From assembly GCA_964642875.1 (NCBI GenBank), contig CAZXRF010000008.1:2241-66240 (forward strand): 64,000 bases of DNA. Reading direction: 5' to 3'. The notes beneath the pieces are model-generated. The model was not told where the DNA came from, did no database searches, and saw nothing but the letters and a program-made list of their open reading frames with translations. Source of the stretch: an uncultured Chitinophagales bacterium (GTDB taxonomy: Bacteria > Bacteroidota > Bacteroidia > Chitinophagales > JADIYW01). Shown here one piece after another: positions 20,751-30,348 of this stretch; within the stretch, counting starts at the first letter, position 1, and every line of letters starts with the position of its first letter. The translations under genes and the position numbers were made by a program.

Positions 20751-20917
20751 ATAATGACAAAGGAGAGTCTTATCTGTTGAGAGAGGTATAAATAAATATA
20801 AATAGTTGTATTTGATATAAATTATAATTGTATTTAATATACTTTATTTCTTGCCTCTTATTGCTCACATTTCCTATTTCAAATTTCACACCTATTATGC
20901 AATTTCCCAAAAAGATA

Positions 20918-20925
20918 TACCTTTG
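20918..20925 (+). promoter_or_regulatory. -7 promoter element for dcp
   Basis: TACCTTTG 17 nt before the ATG. Confidence 0.55.
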
Positions 20926-20942
20926 TGTTGTAAATCTTAGTT

Positions 20943-23051
20943 ATGTATAGTTTTAAAAATGCATTTTCTCACGTAGCAGTAAGTATTATTACATTAGGAA
21001 ATTTATTTGCAGCACAACCATCAGTTATGATACCCAATCCATTATTGCAAAAAAGTACTTTGCAATATCAAGCACCCCGCTTTGACTTAATCAAAGATGA
21101 GCATTTTAAACCTGCTTTTGATATTGCTTTAAAAGAACATGATGCAGAAATCGAAAAAATTGTAAATAACCCCTCCGCACCTACTTTTGAAAATACTGTA
21201 CTTGCCATGGAATTGAGTGGACAGGATTTGAATAGAGCAATAAGTATTTTTTATAAATTAACGAGTGCAAATACCAACAATACTTTACAGGCAATTGAAG
21301 AGGAATATGCACCAGTTTTTTCAGGCCATTTTGATAATATCTATCTGAATTCCAAACTTTACCAACGTTTTAAAACTATTGATATAACAAAATTAAAAGG
21401 AGAAGATAAAAAATTGACACAATTATATATCGATAATTTTAATAAATCTGGTGCAGCGCTTTCTGATGATGCAAAAGTAAAAATGAAAGCAATAAACCAA
21501 GAGTTAGCAAGTTTGGAAACTTCATTTAATAATACCCTTTTGATTGCTAGGAAAAATGGAGGATTACTAATTGATAATATAGCAGAATTAGATGGACTAT
21601 CGAAAGAAGATATTGATGCCGCTGCTGCTAAGGCTAAAGAAACAGGTCATGCAGGAAAATATTTATTGGTATTAACCAACACGACACAGCAGCCTCAATT
21701 ACAGTATTTGAAAAATAGAAATACCAGAGAGAAATTATTTAAAGCTTCATGGACACGCGCTGAAAGAAATGACAGCGGAGACACTAGAGCAATTTTGGAA
21801 AAAATAGCACAGTTGCGTTTGCAAAAAGCCCAATTGATGGGAAAGAAAAACTTTGCCGAATGGAAATTACAGGATCAAATGGCAAAAACACCTGAACGTG
21901 CGATGAATTTATTGACGCAAATCGCACCGTCAGCAGTAGAAAAAGCAAAGCAAGAAGCCAAAGAAATTCAGGATATAATAGATAAAGAAGGCGGAAATTT
22001 TAAATTGGAACCTTGGGATTGGAATTTTTATGCTGAAAAAGTTCGTAAAGCAAAATTTGATTTAGATGAGCAAGAAATAAAACCCTATTTTGAAGTAAAA
22101 ACCGTGCTGGAGAAAGGGGTTTTTTATGCCGCTCAGAAAATGTACGGACTAACTTTTAAAGTACGCAAAGATTTACCCGTTTATCATCCCGATGTAGTGG
22201 CATATGAAGTATTTGATAAAGACGGAAAATCTATCGCTATTTATTATTTAGATTTTTATACTCGTGATAATAAAAACGGTGGTGCGTGGATGGATAACTT
22301 TGTACAACAATCGTATGTGTTAAAACAGAAACCAGTCATTTATAACGTTTATAATTTTGCAAAACCGGTAGCTGGAAATCCATCTTTAATTAGTTTTGAT
22401 GACGTTATAACGATGTTCCATGAGTTTGGACATACTTTACATGGGTTATTTGCCAGCCAAAAATACCCAAGCTTGTCAGGAACTGCTACACCTAATGATT
22501 TTGTAGAATATCCATCACAAATCAATGAACATGCAGCATTAGAGCCTTCAATTTTGAAAAATTATGCTGTACATTATAAAACTAAAAGAGTAATTCCGCA
22601 AACATTAGTGGCAAAAATTATTAAATCAGAAACCTTTAATAAAGGATATGATGTGACTGAATTAATGGCTGCCGCAACATTAGATTTGGTTTGGCATACA
22701 GTAGAACACAGCACTGATTTTAAACCGACACTAGAATTTGAACAAGACGCTTTAAAAAAATATGGGTTATTATTGAATGAAGTGCCTACACGATACCATA
22801 CGCCTTATTTTGCACATATTTGGAGTGGAGGCTATTCTGCTGGATATTATGCATATACATGGAGCAAAACCTTAGATTTTAATACTTATGATTGGATGAA
22901 AGCACATGGTGGTATGACCAGAGCCAATTGCGACCGATTTAGAAAATATATTTTGTCGGTAGGCAATAGTGTAGATTTGAATAAAGCTTTCCAACAAATG
23001 GTAGGCCATGAGATGGAAGTTGAACCTTATTTAAGGTATTCAGGATTTTAA
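20943..23051 (+). CDS. dcp: M3 family metallopeptidase (peptidyl-dipeptidase Dcp)
   Basis: FHEFGHTLH zinc motif, DFVEYPSQINE, GGYSAGYYAYTWS. Confidence 0.93.
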   Translation: MYSFKNAFSHVAVSIITLGNLFAAQPSVMIPNPLLQKSTLQYQAPRFDLIKDEHFKPAFDIALKEHDAEIEKIVNNPSAPTFENTVLAMELSGQDLNRAISIFYKLTSANTNNTLQAIEEEYAPVFSGHFDNIYLNSKLYQRFKTIDITKLKGEDKKLTQLYIDNFNKSGAALSDDAKVKMKAINQELASLETSFNNTLLIARKNGGLLIDNIAELDGLSKEDIDAAAAKAKETGHAGKYLLVLTNTTQQPQLQYLKNRNTREKLFKASWTRAERNDSGDTRAILEKIAQLRLQKAQLMGKKNFAEWKLQDQMAKTPERAMNLLTQIAPSAVEKAKQEAKEIQDIIDKEGGNFKLEPWDWNFYAEKVRKAKFDLDEQEIKPYFEVKTVLEKGVFYAAQKMYGLTFKVRKDLPVYHPDVVAYEVFDKDGKSIAIYYLDFYTRDNKNGGAWMDNFVQQSYVLKQKPVIYNVYNFAKPVAGNPSLISFDDVITMFHEFGHTLHGLFASQKYPSLSGTATPNDFVEYPSQINEHAALEPSILKNYAVHYKTKRVIPQTLVAKIIKSETFNKGYDVTELMAAATLDLVWHTVEHSTDFKPTLEFEQDALKKYGLLLNEVPTRYHTPYFAHIWSGGYSAGYYAYTWSKTLDFNTYDWMKAHGGMTRANCDRFRKYILSVGNSVDLNKAFQQMVGHEMEVEPYLRYSGF

Positions 23052-23164
23052 ATAAGTAAATAAGTCTTTTTTTCCACATTAACATATTAATCAGTTAAAT
23101 TTCAAGCACATATTTGATTTTAATTGTACTTTTGTTGATAATATTTAAGATAAATCTCTATAAA

Positions 23165-25618
23165 ATGAATAAAAGAATTACACTCTTTGCATTAATGCTT
23201 TGTTTGCTATCAGGCGTTATACATGCACAAATTTCAATTATCAACTCATTACCGTACAACCAAGATTTTAACTCACTGCCAAATACAGGCGCACCTACTA
23301 CTATTAATCCCAACCCAACGGATTGGTATAGATACGCGGCAACAGCAACAGCAACAAATTTGACAGTATTTAATATGTCTAATAGCACAAATACAGGAGG
23401 TTTTTACTCTGCTGGCGATACCGCTGCTGCAACAAAAAATGATAGAGCATTAGGCAGTTTATTGTCATCTACGTCTAAGCCAATGTATTTTGGTGTTAAG
23501 TTTATAAATAATACAGGCGGAACTATTGTGTCAGCAAATATTTCTTACCGTTGTGAGCAATGGCGACGTGGAAATACTACCTCAGGTCACCCTGATTCAT
23601 TATTGGTTGAATATAATGTAGGTTCAGATTCTGTTCAAAAAGGGACATGGACGAGTATTCCACAGTTAATGGGTACTTCTGTTAATACCGATGCTACAGC
23701 AAAAGCATTAAATGGCAATGCTAATTTTCAAGATAAATCTTATAACTTAACTGGCTTGGCAATTGCCAATGGTGCAACATTCTGGATTAGATTTAATGAT
23801 GTTGATATCTTTGGTTCAGAAGATATGTTGGCAGTTGATAATTTCTCTGCTTCATTTACCACAGGTACTGTAGTAGCTTGTACTGAACCTGCAAACTCTG
23901 TTACCAATGTTGTATTGACGGCAACGGGCACTACTTCGGTGAGTGGCTCATTTACTGGTACAACTCCAGCTGCTGATGGATATTTAGTGGTACTAGATAG
24001 TTCGTCCACTATACCTACCATTACAGATGCTACCACTTACAGCGTAGGGCAAAATATAGGCTCAGCAGTAATAGTAAGTAATGGTACAGTAACGACGTTC
24101 AATAAATCAGGTTTAGTGGCTAATACTATTTACAACGTATATGTTTTCCCATATAACAATACAAGTTGCGCAGGAGGACCAAATTATAAAATAATAGCTC
24201 CAGGAACGGATACCGCAAAAACATTAATTGATGCATGCCCAGAACCTTCAGTAAAACCGACCAATTTAGTGTTTTCAACTGTTACCAATAATTCTATTAT
24301 AGGTAAATTTAATAAAACGACACCCGCACCAACTGGCGGATATATAGTGGTGTATAGCACCAGCTCAAATGTGGCTTATCCTAAAGATTCAGCCACGTAT
24401 GCTGTAAATGATTCTATAAAATATTCCAGCTATAAATCTAAAGTCGCATACGTAGGTACAGATTCAAATTTCACCGTAAATGGATTAGTAAGCGGAACAA
24501 AATATTATTTTGCCGTAATTCCTTTTAATAACTGTCCTTTCGGAAAAAATTATTTCACAACTTCTCCACTGAAAAATGATACTACCACTGGCGGAACACC
24601 ACCTATGACTGACTGTACACAACCTACTGGTGTTTCTACTACTTCTATCGTAAAATTAGATTCTACGATGACTACAATAAGCATTAAATGGAAAAACCCT
24701 ACAAATGCAGATAGTATTATGATACTAGCTGGAGTAAACAACACAGTAGGATTTGTAACTATACACGACAGCACTTATTATGCTGTGGGGTCTGTAATTC
24801 CAGGCTCAGGCGCAACAGTTTACTACAGAGGCACTGATTCAACTGTGGTGCTTAGTGGATTGCAATCAAATACCGTGTATAAAATTTTATTCGCACCTTT
24901 TAATAATAAAGGTTGCAGTAACGGACCTAACTATGGTAATATGGCAAATATTACCGTTAAAACGGCAGCAGGTGCACCCGGCGATTGTACACAACCTACT
25001 GGCGTATCAAATACTTCCATTGTAAAAATAGATTCTACGTCTTCTTCTATACAATTGAAATGGACAAATTCAGCAAATTCAGATAGTGTAATGGTGTTGG
25101 CAGGACCTAGTTTAACTTTGGGATTTGTAACCTTACACGATAGTACTTATTATGCAGTGGGTTCTGTAATTCCAGGCTCTAGCGCAACAGTATATTATAG
25201 AGGTACTGACTCTAGTTTAACAATTACCGGATTGCAAGCTAATACAGTGTATAAAATTATGATTGTACCTTTCAATAATAAAGCGTGTAACCATGGACCT
25301 AATTATGCAAATATTGCTATTACTTCTATTAAAACAGCCATAAATACTGGTGTGAAATACCACAATTCAGAAGCTGAATTTGCATTATTTCCCAATCCGG
25401 TGAATAATGGTTCTATTGCTGTGAAATTCAAATCACCATTGCGAGAAGAAGCAATGATTGAAGTGTTAGATATTGTAGGAAGAAAAATAGAAACACAAAA
25501 AATTACACAAGGTACAGACATGCAAACGATAGACGTAAGTCGTTTATCTAAAGGAACGTATATTTTTAATGTAGTTTACAAAAATACCAACAACGTAAGT
25601 ACATTTATTATAGAATAA
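23165..25618 (+). CDS. T9SS type A cargo protein with four FN3-like Cys-bounded repeats
   Basis: Signal peptide; repeats starting CTEP/CPEP/CTQP/CTQP and ending near PFNN; CTD FALFPNPV...LSKGTYIFNV. Confidence 0.88.
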   Translation: MNKRITLFALMLCLLSGVIHAQISIINSLPYNQDFNSLPNTGAPTTINPNPTDWYRYAATATATNLTVFNMSNSTNTGGFYSAGDTAAATKNDRALGSLLSSTSKPMYFGVKFINNTGGTIVSANISYRCEQWRRGNTTSGHPDSLLVEYNVGSDSVQKGTWTSIPQLMGTSVNTDATAKALNGNANFQDKSYNLTGLAIANGATFWIRFNDVDIFGSEDMLAVDNFSASFTTGTVVACTEPANSVTNVVLTATGTTSVSGSFTGTTPAADGYLVVLDSSSTIPTITDATTYSVGQNIGSAVIVSNGTVTTFNKSGLVANTIYNVYVFPYNNTSCAGGPNYKIIAPGTDTAKTLIDACPEPSVKPTNLVFSTVTNNSIIGKFNKTTPAPTGGYIVVYSTSSNVAYPKDSATYAVNDSIKYSSYKSKVAYVGTDSNFTVNGLVSGTKYYFAVIPFNNCPFGKNYFTTSPLKNDTTTGGTPPMTDCTQPTGVSTTSIVKLDSTMTTISIKWKNPTNADSIMILAGVNNTVGFVTIHDSTYYAVGSVIPGSGATVYYRGTDSTVVLSGLQSNTVYKILFAPFNNKGCSNGPNYGNMANITVKTAAGAPGDCTQPTGVSNTSIVKIDSTSSSIQLKWTNSANSDSVMVLAGPSLTLGFVTLHDSTYYAVGSVIPGSSATVYYRGTDSSLTITGLQANTVYKIMIVPFNNKACNHGPNYANIAITSIKTAINTGVKYHNSEAEFALFPNPVNNGSIAVKFKSPLREEAMIEVLDIVGRKIETQKITQGTDMQTIDVSRLSKGTYIFNVVYKNTNNVSTFIIE
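24611..25340 (+). repeat. Internal 372-bp (124-aa) domain duplication
   Basis: DCTQPTGVS...HDSTYYAVGSVIPGS.ATVYYRGTDS...PFNNK occurs twice, offset 24611 to 24983; end approximate. Confidence 0.85.
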
Positions 25619-25630
25619 AAAATAAATAAA

Positions 25631-25672
25631 TAAAAGTGCCTCGCCCTAAAATAACTACGGCGAGGCATTTTA
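25631..25672 (+). terminator. Stem-loop between the two T9SS cargo genes
   Basis: TGCCTCGCC / GGCGAGGCA stem with flanking A and T runs. Confidence 0.7.
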
Positions 25673-25691
25673 CGTTTAAAGCACAAAAATA

Positions 25692-26858
25692 ATGACAACT
25701 AAAAAGTATATAAGCTTAATTTTATCTGTTTTGATAACATACATTTTACAAGCAGCACCCGGAACGTATTATAATAGTATTGATACCACTAAGTCTTGCG
25801 CTAATTTTAAAACAATTTTAGCACAATTGATTTCTACGAATACTACTGTTTTGCCTTATGGAATTGTAGATGATAATTTTAATAAAACAGATTTGAAACC
25901 AGCCACGGGAGCAAATACAGGTTGGGTCGTTTCTGATAAATATTCATCAGATAATCCAGGGGGTATAGACTTTTGTAATTACCGCTTTCCGTCGGGATTT
26001 TGTGGGTTTGTCACCAGCCCAATTACTGCTGAATGTACATGTTATAATAAAGAACATTCGTTTCCAAAAGCGTGGTTTGGTGGAGCATACATATACCCGA
26101 TGTACTCTGATATGCACTTTATTTGGCCATCAGATGCTTTTGTAAATACAAGAAAACTAGATTATTCTATCGGGTATGTTTATACGGCTTCTTATACTTC
26201 TAATAATGGAAATAAAATTGGCTCTTCCAATACGTCGGCAAATTATGGTTATAATTATACTAAAGTATTTGAACCTATAGATTCTTTCAAAGGCGATTTT
26301 GCTCGGGCATATTTATATGTTATCACAAGATATGAAGATTCATTGTTGAGTTGGGTAGGTCGGAGTAGTATTGCTTCTAGTGTTTTAGATGGGAATAAAT
26401 ATCCGGGATTTAAACCATGGATGCTGCAGTTGTGTGCAAAATGGAATAAATTAGATCCGCCGAGTGCATTTGAACGGAAAAGAAATGACTCGGTTTTTGG
26501 CATTCAAGGAAACAGAAATCCTTACATTGATTATCCGAATTGGGTAGAAAAAGTCTTTGGAAACGACGGTATTGCTTCTTCTTGTGTAAACACGAGTATT
26601 AAAGAAAATAGGTCTTTAGTTTATTCCGTTTTTCCAAATCCTGTACAAGATGCCTTGCTGAATATTCGTATGAGTACCAATATAACAGAAGAGGTTTTTG
26701 TAGAAATTTCGGATATTTTAGGAAGAACTATTCTTACCCAAAGTCTTCCTCCTGCAAATCTTCAAAATATAGATGTCAGTACGTTAGAGAAAGGAATGTA
26801 TTTTATTAATATTAATTACAAAGGACAGAACAACGCCAGTTTATTTATCAAAGAATAA
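25692..26858 (+). CDS. Secreted endonuclease I family nuclease with T9SS type A CTD
   Basis: NKEHSFPKAWF, DMHFIWPSD..VN, KGDFARAYLY, QGNRNPYIDYP, CTD VFPNPV...LEKGMYFINI. Confidence 0.9.
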   Translation: MTTKKYISLILSVLITYILQAAPGTYYNSIDTTKSCANFKTILAQLISTNTTVLPYGIVDDNFNKTDLKPATGANTGWVVSDKYSSDNPGGIDFCNYRFPSGFCGFVTSPITAECTCYNKEHSFPKAWFGGAYIYPMYSDMHFIWPSDAFVNTRKLDYSIGYVYTASYTSNNGNKIGSSNTSANYGYNYTKVFEPIDSFKGDFARAYLYVITRYEDSLLSWVGRSSIASSVLDGNKYPGFKPWMLQLCAKWNKLDPPSAFERKRNDSVFGIQGNRNPYIDYPNWVEKVFGNDGIASSCVNTSIKENRSLVYSVFPNPVQDALLNIRMSTNITEEVFVEISDILGRTILTQSLPPANLQNIDVSTLEKGMYFININYKGQNNASLFIKE

Positions 26859-26884
26859 ATTTGGACAATGAAAATGAAGCATTT

Positions 26885-27433
26885 TTATTTTTTAGAAATT
26901 GTATTGCTATCTGATTTAAAGTCTAAGCTAATAGAATTTATGCAATATCGCAATCCGGTTTTGTCTGTAGGGCCGTCTTCAAAAACATGTCCTAAATGTG
27001 AGTGACATTTCTTGCATAATACTTCCACTCTTGCCATCCCAAAACTGTTATCCATGCGGGTTTCTACGGAGGTATTTCCGGCATTATCATAGAATGCGGG
27101 CCAGCCGCAGCCGCTATGGAATTTAGTGTCAGAAGTGAAGAGTAAGTTTCCGCAGGCTTTACAGTAATAATTTCCGTCTGCTTTTAAGTCGGTATATTTT
27201 CCGGTAAATGGGCGTTCCGTACCAGCTTCGCGCAGCACTTGGTATTCTTCATCGGTTAATACCTTTTTCCATTCGGCTTCTGTTTTGTTGATTTCTGGAT
27301 TTTGCATCGTATTTTGTGATATTGGTTTTCTTGTATTGCTTGTATTTTGTGCCCTCATCTGGCAACTGAATATAAAAAATGATAAGAATAAAATAGTAAA
27401 TAAAGTTAGGCCTATTTGTTGATTGCTTTTCAT
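26885..27433 (-). CDS. msrB: Peptide-methionine (R)-S-oxide reductase, with lipoprotein-like leader
   Basis: GTERPFTG, YYCKACG, SGCGWPAF, HLGHVFEDGP, RYCINS; start at ATG 27433. Confidence 0.95.
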   Translation of the reverse strand: MKSNQQIGLTLFTILFLSFFIFSCQMRAQNTSNTRKPISQNTMQNPEINKTEAEWKKVLTDEEYQVLREAGTERPFTGKYTDLKADGNYYCKACGNLLFTSDTKFHSGCGWPAFYDNAGNTSVETRMDNSFGMARVEVLCKKCHSHLGHVFEDGPTDKTGLRYCINSISLDFKSDSNTISKK

Positions 27434-27484
27434 GTAATATAAACGTAGTTTTTGATTAAAAAGTTTTATCTCTATCTTCGCAGT

Positions 27485-28684
27485 ATGAAGGTTTCCCAAA
27501 AGATATATTTTCTGTTTTTATTGACATTGACTCAGTTCTCATTGGCGCAGAACAAAGACGTGAAAGTTCCACCTTTGACGAATTCAGCGCAAGTGAGTTT
27601 GCTTACCGTTGGGCGTGCCGACCACGAGATATACCAAAATTTTGGACATACTGCTATTCGAGTTAGGGATACCACATTGGGCTGGGATTTGGTGTACAAT
27701 TATGGTACTTTTGATTTCAATGAACCTGATTTTCTTTATAAGTTTATAAAAGGTAAATTACTGTATTTCGAATCCATAGATAATTTTGTTGATTTTGAAC
27801 AAATGTATCGCGAAGAAAATCGCTGGATACGAGAGCAAACTTTAAATTTATCGCAAGCACAAAAACAACTTATTTTTGAACGATTGACAATAAATGCTCG
27901 AGAGGAAAATAAATACTATAAATATGATTTCCTGTTTGATAATTGTTCTACACGTCCACGAAATGTAATTTTTTCTTTGTTTAAAAATATCCATTACCCT
28001 AAAGAAGCAGATGATAATGCATCTTATAGACAATTAATAGATAGAAACGTGCCTAACGAATGGTTGGATTTTGGTATGGATTTGCTAATTGGGTTACCTA
28101 CCGATAAAAAGGCTAAGTATGGTCGTACTTTTCTGCCCGAAGAGTTGATGCAACTATGCGATAGCGCTGTGGTAGATGGAAATCCATTAGTAGATGGCAA
28201 TGATTTGATATTAGATACAATCCCCGAATATACTGCACATAATTGGTTGACGCCTGGTGTGGTGTTTTGGTTGTTATTTATCGTATTGTTTCTATTGCAG
28301 GTAAAATTTTCTGTTATTACTAAATATAAATTTATTCCGATTATTTATTTTACCATTTTAGGGTTATTAGGTTGGTTGTTGGTGTTTATGTGGTTCGGTA
28401 CAGACCACTTATCTACTAAATGGAACTTAAATATTTTATGGACGATGCCATTGAGTTTTCCATTTTTTCTATTCGCGTTTAAAAAAGAAATTCCCAAATT
28501 TTTATTTGGGTTTATAAAATTTTATAGAGTATTGTTGATTATTTTATTAATAGGATGGAGTTTAAACCCGCAAACATACCATGCTGCGGTAATACCATTA
28601 ATATTAATAGGGATTTTATTTACTTCTACTTTACTGCCGATTCCCCAAAAAGACGACTTTAAAAAGCGTTGGTTTGGCGCATAG
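27485..28684 (+). CDS. DUF4105 protein, Lnb-type lipoprotein N-acyltransferase-like
   Basis: FGHTAIR, YNYGTFDF, YDFLFDNCSTR, then several C-terminal TM helices. Confidence 0.8.
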   Translation: MKVSQKIYFLFLLTLTQFSLAQNKDVKVPPLTNSAQVSLLTVGRADHEIYQNFGHTAIRVRDTTLGWDLVYNYGTFDFNEPDFLYKFIKGKLLYFESIDNFVDFEQMYREENRWIREQTLNLSQAQKQLIFERLTINAREENKYYKYDFLFDNCSTRPRNVIFSLFKNIHYPKEADDNASYRQLIDRNVPNEWLDFGMDLLIGLPTDKKAKYGRTFLPEELMQLCDSAVVDGNPLVDGNDLILDTIPEYTAHNWLTPGVVFWLLFIVLFLLQVKFSVITKYKFIPIIYFTILGLLGWLLVFMWFGTDHLSTKWNLNILWTMPLSFPFFLFAFKKEIPKFLFGFIKFYRVLLIILLIGWSLNPQTYHAAVIPLILIGILFTSTLLPIPQKDDFKKRWFGA

Positions 28685-29896
28685 TTAAAAATCGGCACTT
28701 AACAATAAATCTAAATCGGTGAATTTTAAATCAAATTTTTGTGCTATAAATTCTTTGGTGAGTGCACCTTTATATAAGTAAGCGCCTTTGCGTAAGCCAT
28801 CGTCATATTTCAAAAGATTTTCAAAGCTTCCGGCATCTGCGGCATTTTTTAAAATAGGCGAAAGAATATTACTCAATGCATAGCTTGCCGTTCGAGAAAC
28901 ATTTGAAGCAATATTTGGAACACAGTAATGTATTACGCCATGTTTGGTGTAAACGGGTTCATTGTGGTTCGTAACTCTCGAGGTTTCAAAACATCCGCCT
29001 TGGTCAATGGAAACATCTATAATTACAGAATCTTTTTTCATAGAACGTACCATGTCTTCAGTAACCACCACCGGAGTTTTTCCATTTTTTGGTTTCAATG
29101 CACCGATAACTACATGTGCTCTGGAGATGTTTTTGGCTAAGTTTATTGGGTCAATGACGGAAGTATAAATTTTATTTCCTAACTCATTTTGTAAGCGCGA
29201 AAGACGATAAATATTGTTATCGAATACTTGTACAATTGCGCCGAGTGCAAGTGCTGCTCTTGCCGCAGATTCTGCAACGGTACCGGCACCAATAATCATT
29301 ACTTTTGCCGGTGGCTGCCCTGCAATTCCACCTAACAAAACGCCACGCCCATATTCATTGCTCAAGTAACGTGCAGCGGTAGTGATGGCATAACTGCCAG
29401 CAATTTCGCTCATACTTCGCATAAATGGCGATGAGCCGTAGTCGCCTTTTACATATTCAAAAGCGATGGCGGTGGTGCGTTTTTCCATCATACTTTTTAT
29501 CATGGATTTTGTTTGGGTAGGCAATAATATTGGCGACAAAATGATTTGATGGCTGTGCAATAAACTGATTTCAGCTGGATTAATAGGTCCGGATTTAATG
29601 ATAGTGTCAGCTTTAAAAACATCTTCTTTATTAAATACGATATCGGCACCTGCTTGCATATATTCTTCATTTGAGAAATTTGCATTTATGCCGGCATCTT
29701 TTTCTATCGTTATTCTGAATCCGTAATTTACTAATGCTGCAACAGAATTTGGCGTTAGCGCAATACGTTTTTCCTGATAATCTGTTTCTTTTGGAATGCC
29801 TATGAATAGTGATTTTTTACTGTTTCCTATTTCTGCTAATACTTCTTTTGGGTATAAGGCATATTCAGATTTTATTTTTCCTAATAAGGATTCCAT
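28685..29896 (-). CDS. ald: Alanine dehydrogenase
   Basis: IGIPKE...EKRIALTP, IIGAGTVA, IDVSIDQGGCFETS, HYCVPNIAS. Confidence 0.9.
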   Translation of the reverse strand: MESLLGKIKSEYALYPKEVLAEIGNSKKSLFIGIPKETDYQEKRIALTPNSVAALVNYGFRITIEKDAGINANFSNEEYMQAGADIVFNKEDVFKADTIIKSGPINPAEISLLHSHQIILSPILLPTQTKSMIKSMMEKRTTAIAFEYVKGDYGSSPFMRSMSEIAGSYAITTAARYLSNEYGRGVLLGGIAGQPPAKVMIIGAGTVAESAARAALALGAIVQVFDNNIYRLSRLQNELGNKIYTSVIDPINLAKNISRAHVVIGALKPKNGKTPVVVTEDMVRSMKKDSVIIDVSIDQGGCFETSRVTNHNEPVYTKHGVIHYCVPNIASNVSRTASYALSNILSPILKNAADAGSFENLLKYDDGLRKGAYLYKGALTKEFIAQKFDLKFTDLDLLLSADF

Positions 29897-29918
29897 AACG
29901 TTTTTTTATAGGTTTAAG

Positions 29919-30341
29919 CTAAGCAGTTTGTTGTATTTCTATTACTCTGCTTTCCCCCTCTAATTTACGAATAAATATTTTAATAGGATGGTCGGGGAGT
30001 AGTGTTTCAAAATTATCTGGCCATTCAATAAAACATAAATTCCCTGAAAATAAATACTCTTCAAGCCCAATATTTATTGCTTCTTCAGCAGATTTTAAAC
30101 GATATAAATCGATATGATAAATCAATCCGTTTGGAGATGAGTATTCATTAATAATCGGGTAAGTAGGTGAGGTAATGGTATCTTTTACTTGCAATTGTTC
30201 GCAAATGAGTTTTACTAATGTAGTTTTTCCTGCACCTAAATTTCCATACAAACAAAATACGCTATGTTGTTTTGTTAATGCAACAATCGAGTGTGCTACA
30301 GCTTCAAGTTCCACTAATTGAGTGACGATAAATGTACTCAT
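29919..30341 (-). CDS. tsaE: tRNA threonylcarbamoyladenosine biosynthesis ATPase
   Basis: LYGNLGAGKTT, SPTYPIINEY, YHIDLYRL, FIEWP. Confidence 0.95.
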   Translation of the reverse strand: MSTFIVTQLVELEAVAHSIVALTKQHSVFCLYGNLGAGKTTLVKLICEQLQVKDTITSPTYPIINEYSSPNGLIYHIDLYRLKSAEEAINIGLEEYLFSGNLCFIEWPDNFETLLPDHPIKIFIRKLEGESRVIEIQQTA

Positions 30342-30348
30342 ATTTTAC

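Noticed and set aside
25692-26858. Catalytically dead nuclease
   Set aside because: The EH dyad and the downstream VN Asn are retained; the substitutions seen are conservative.
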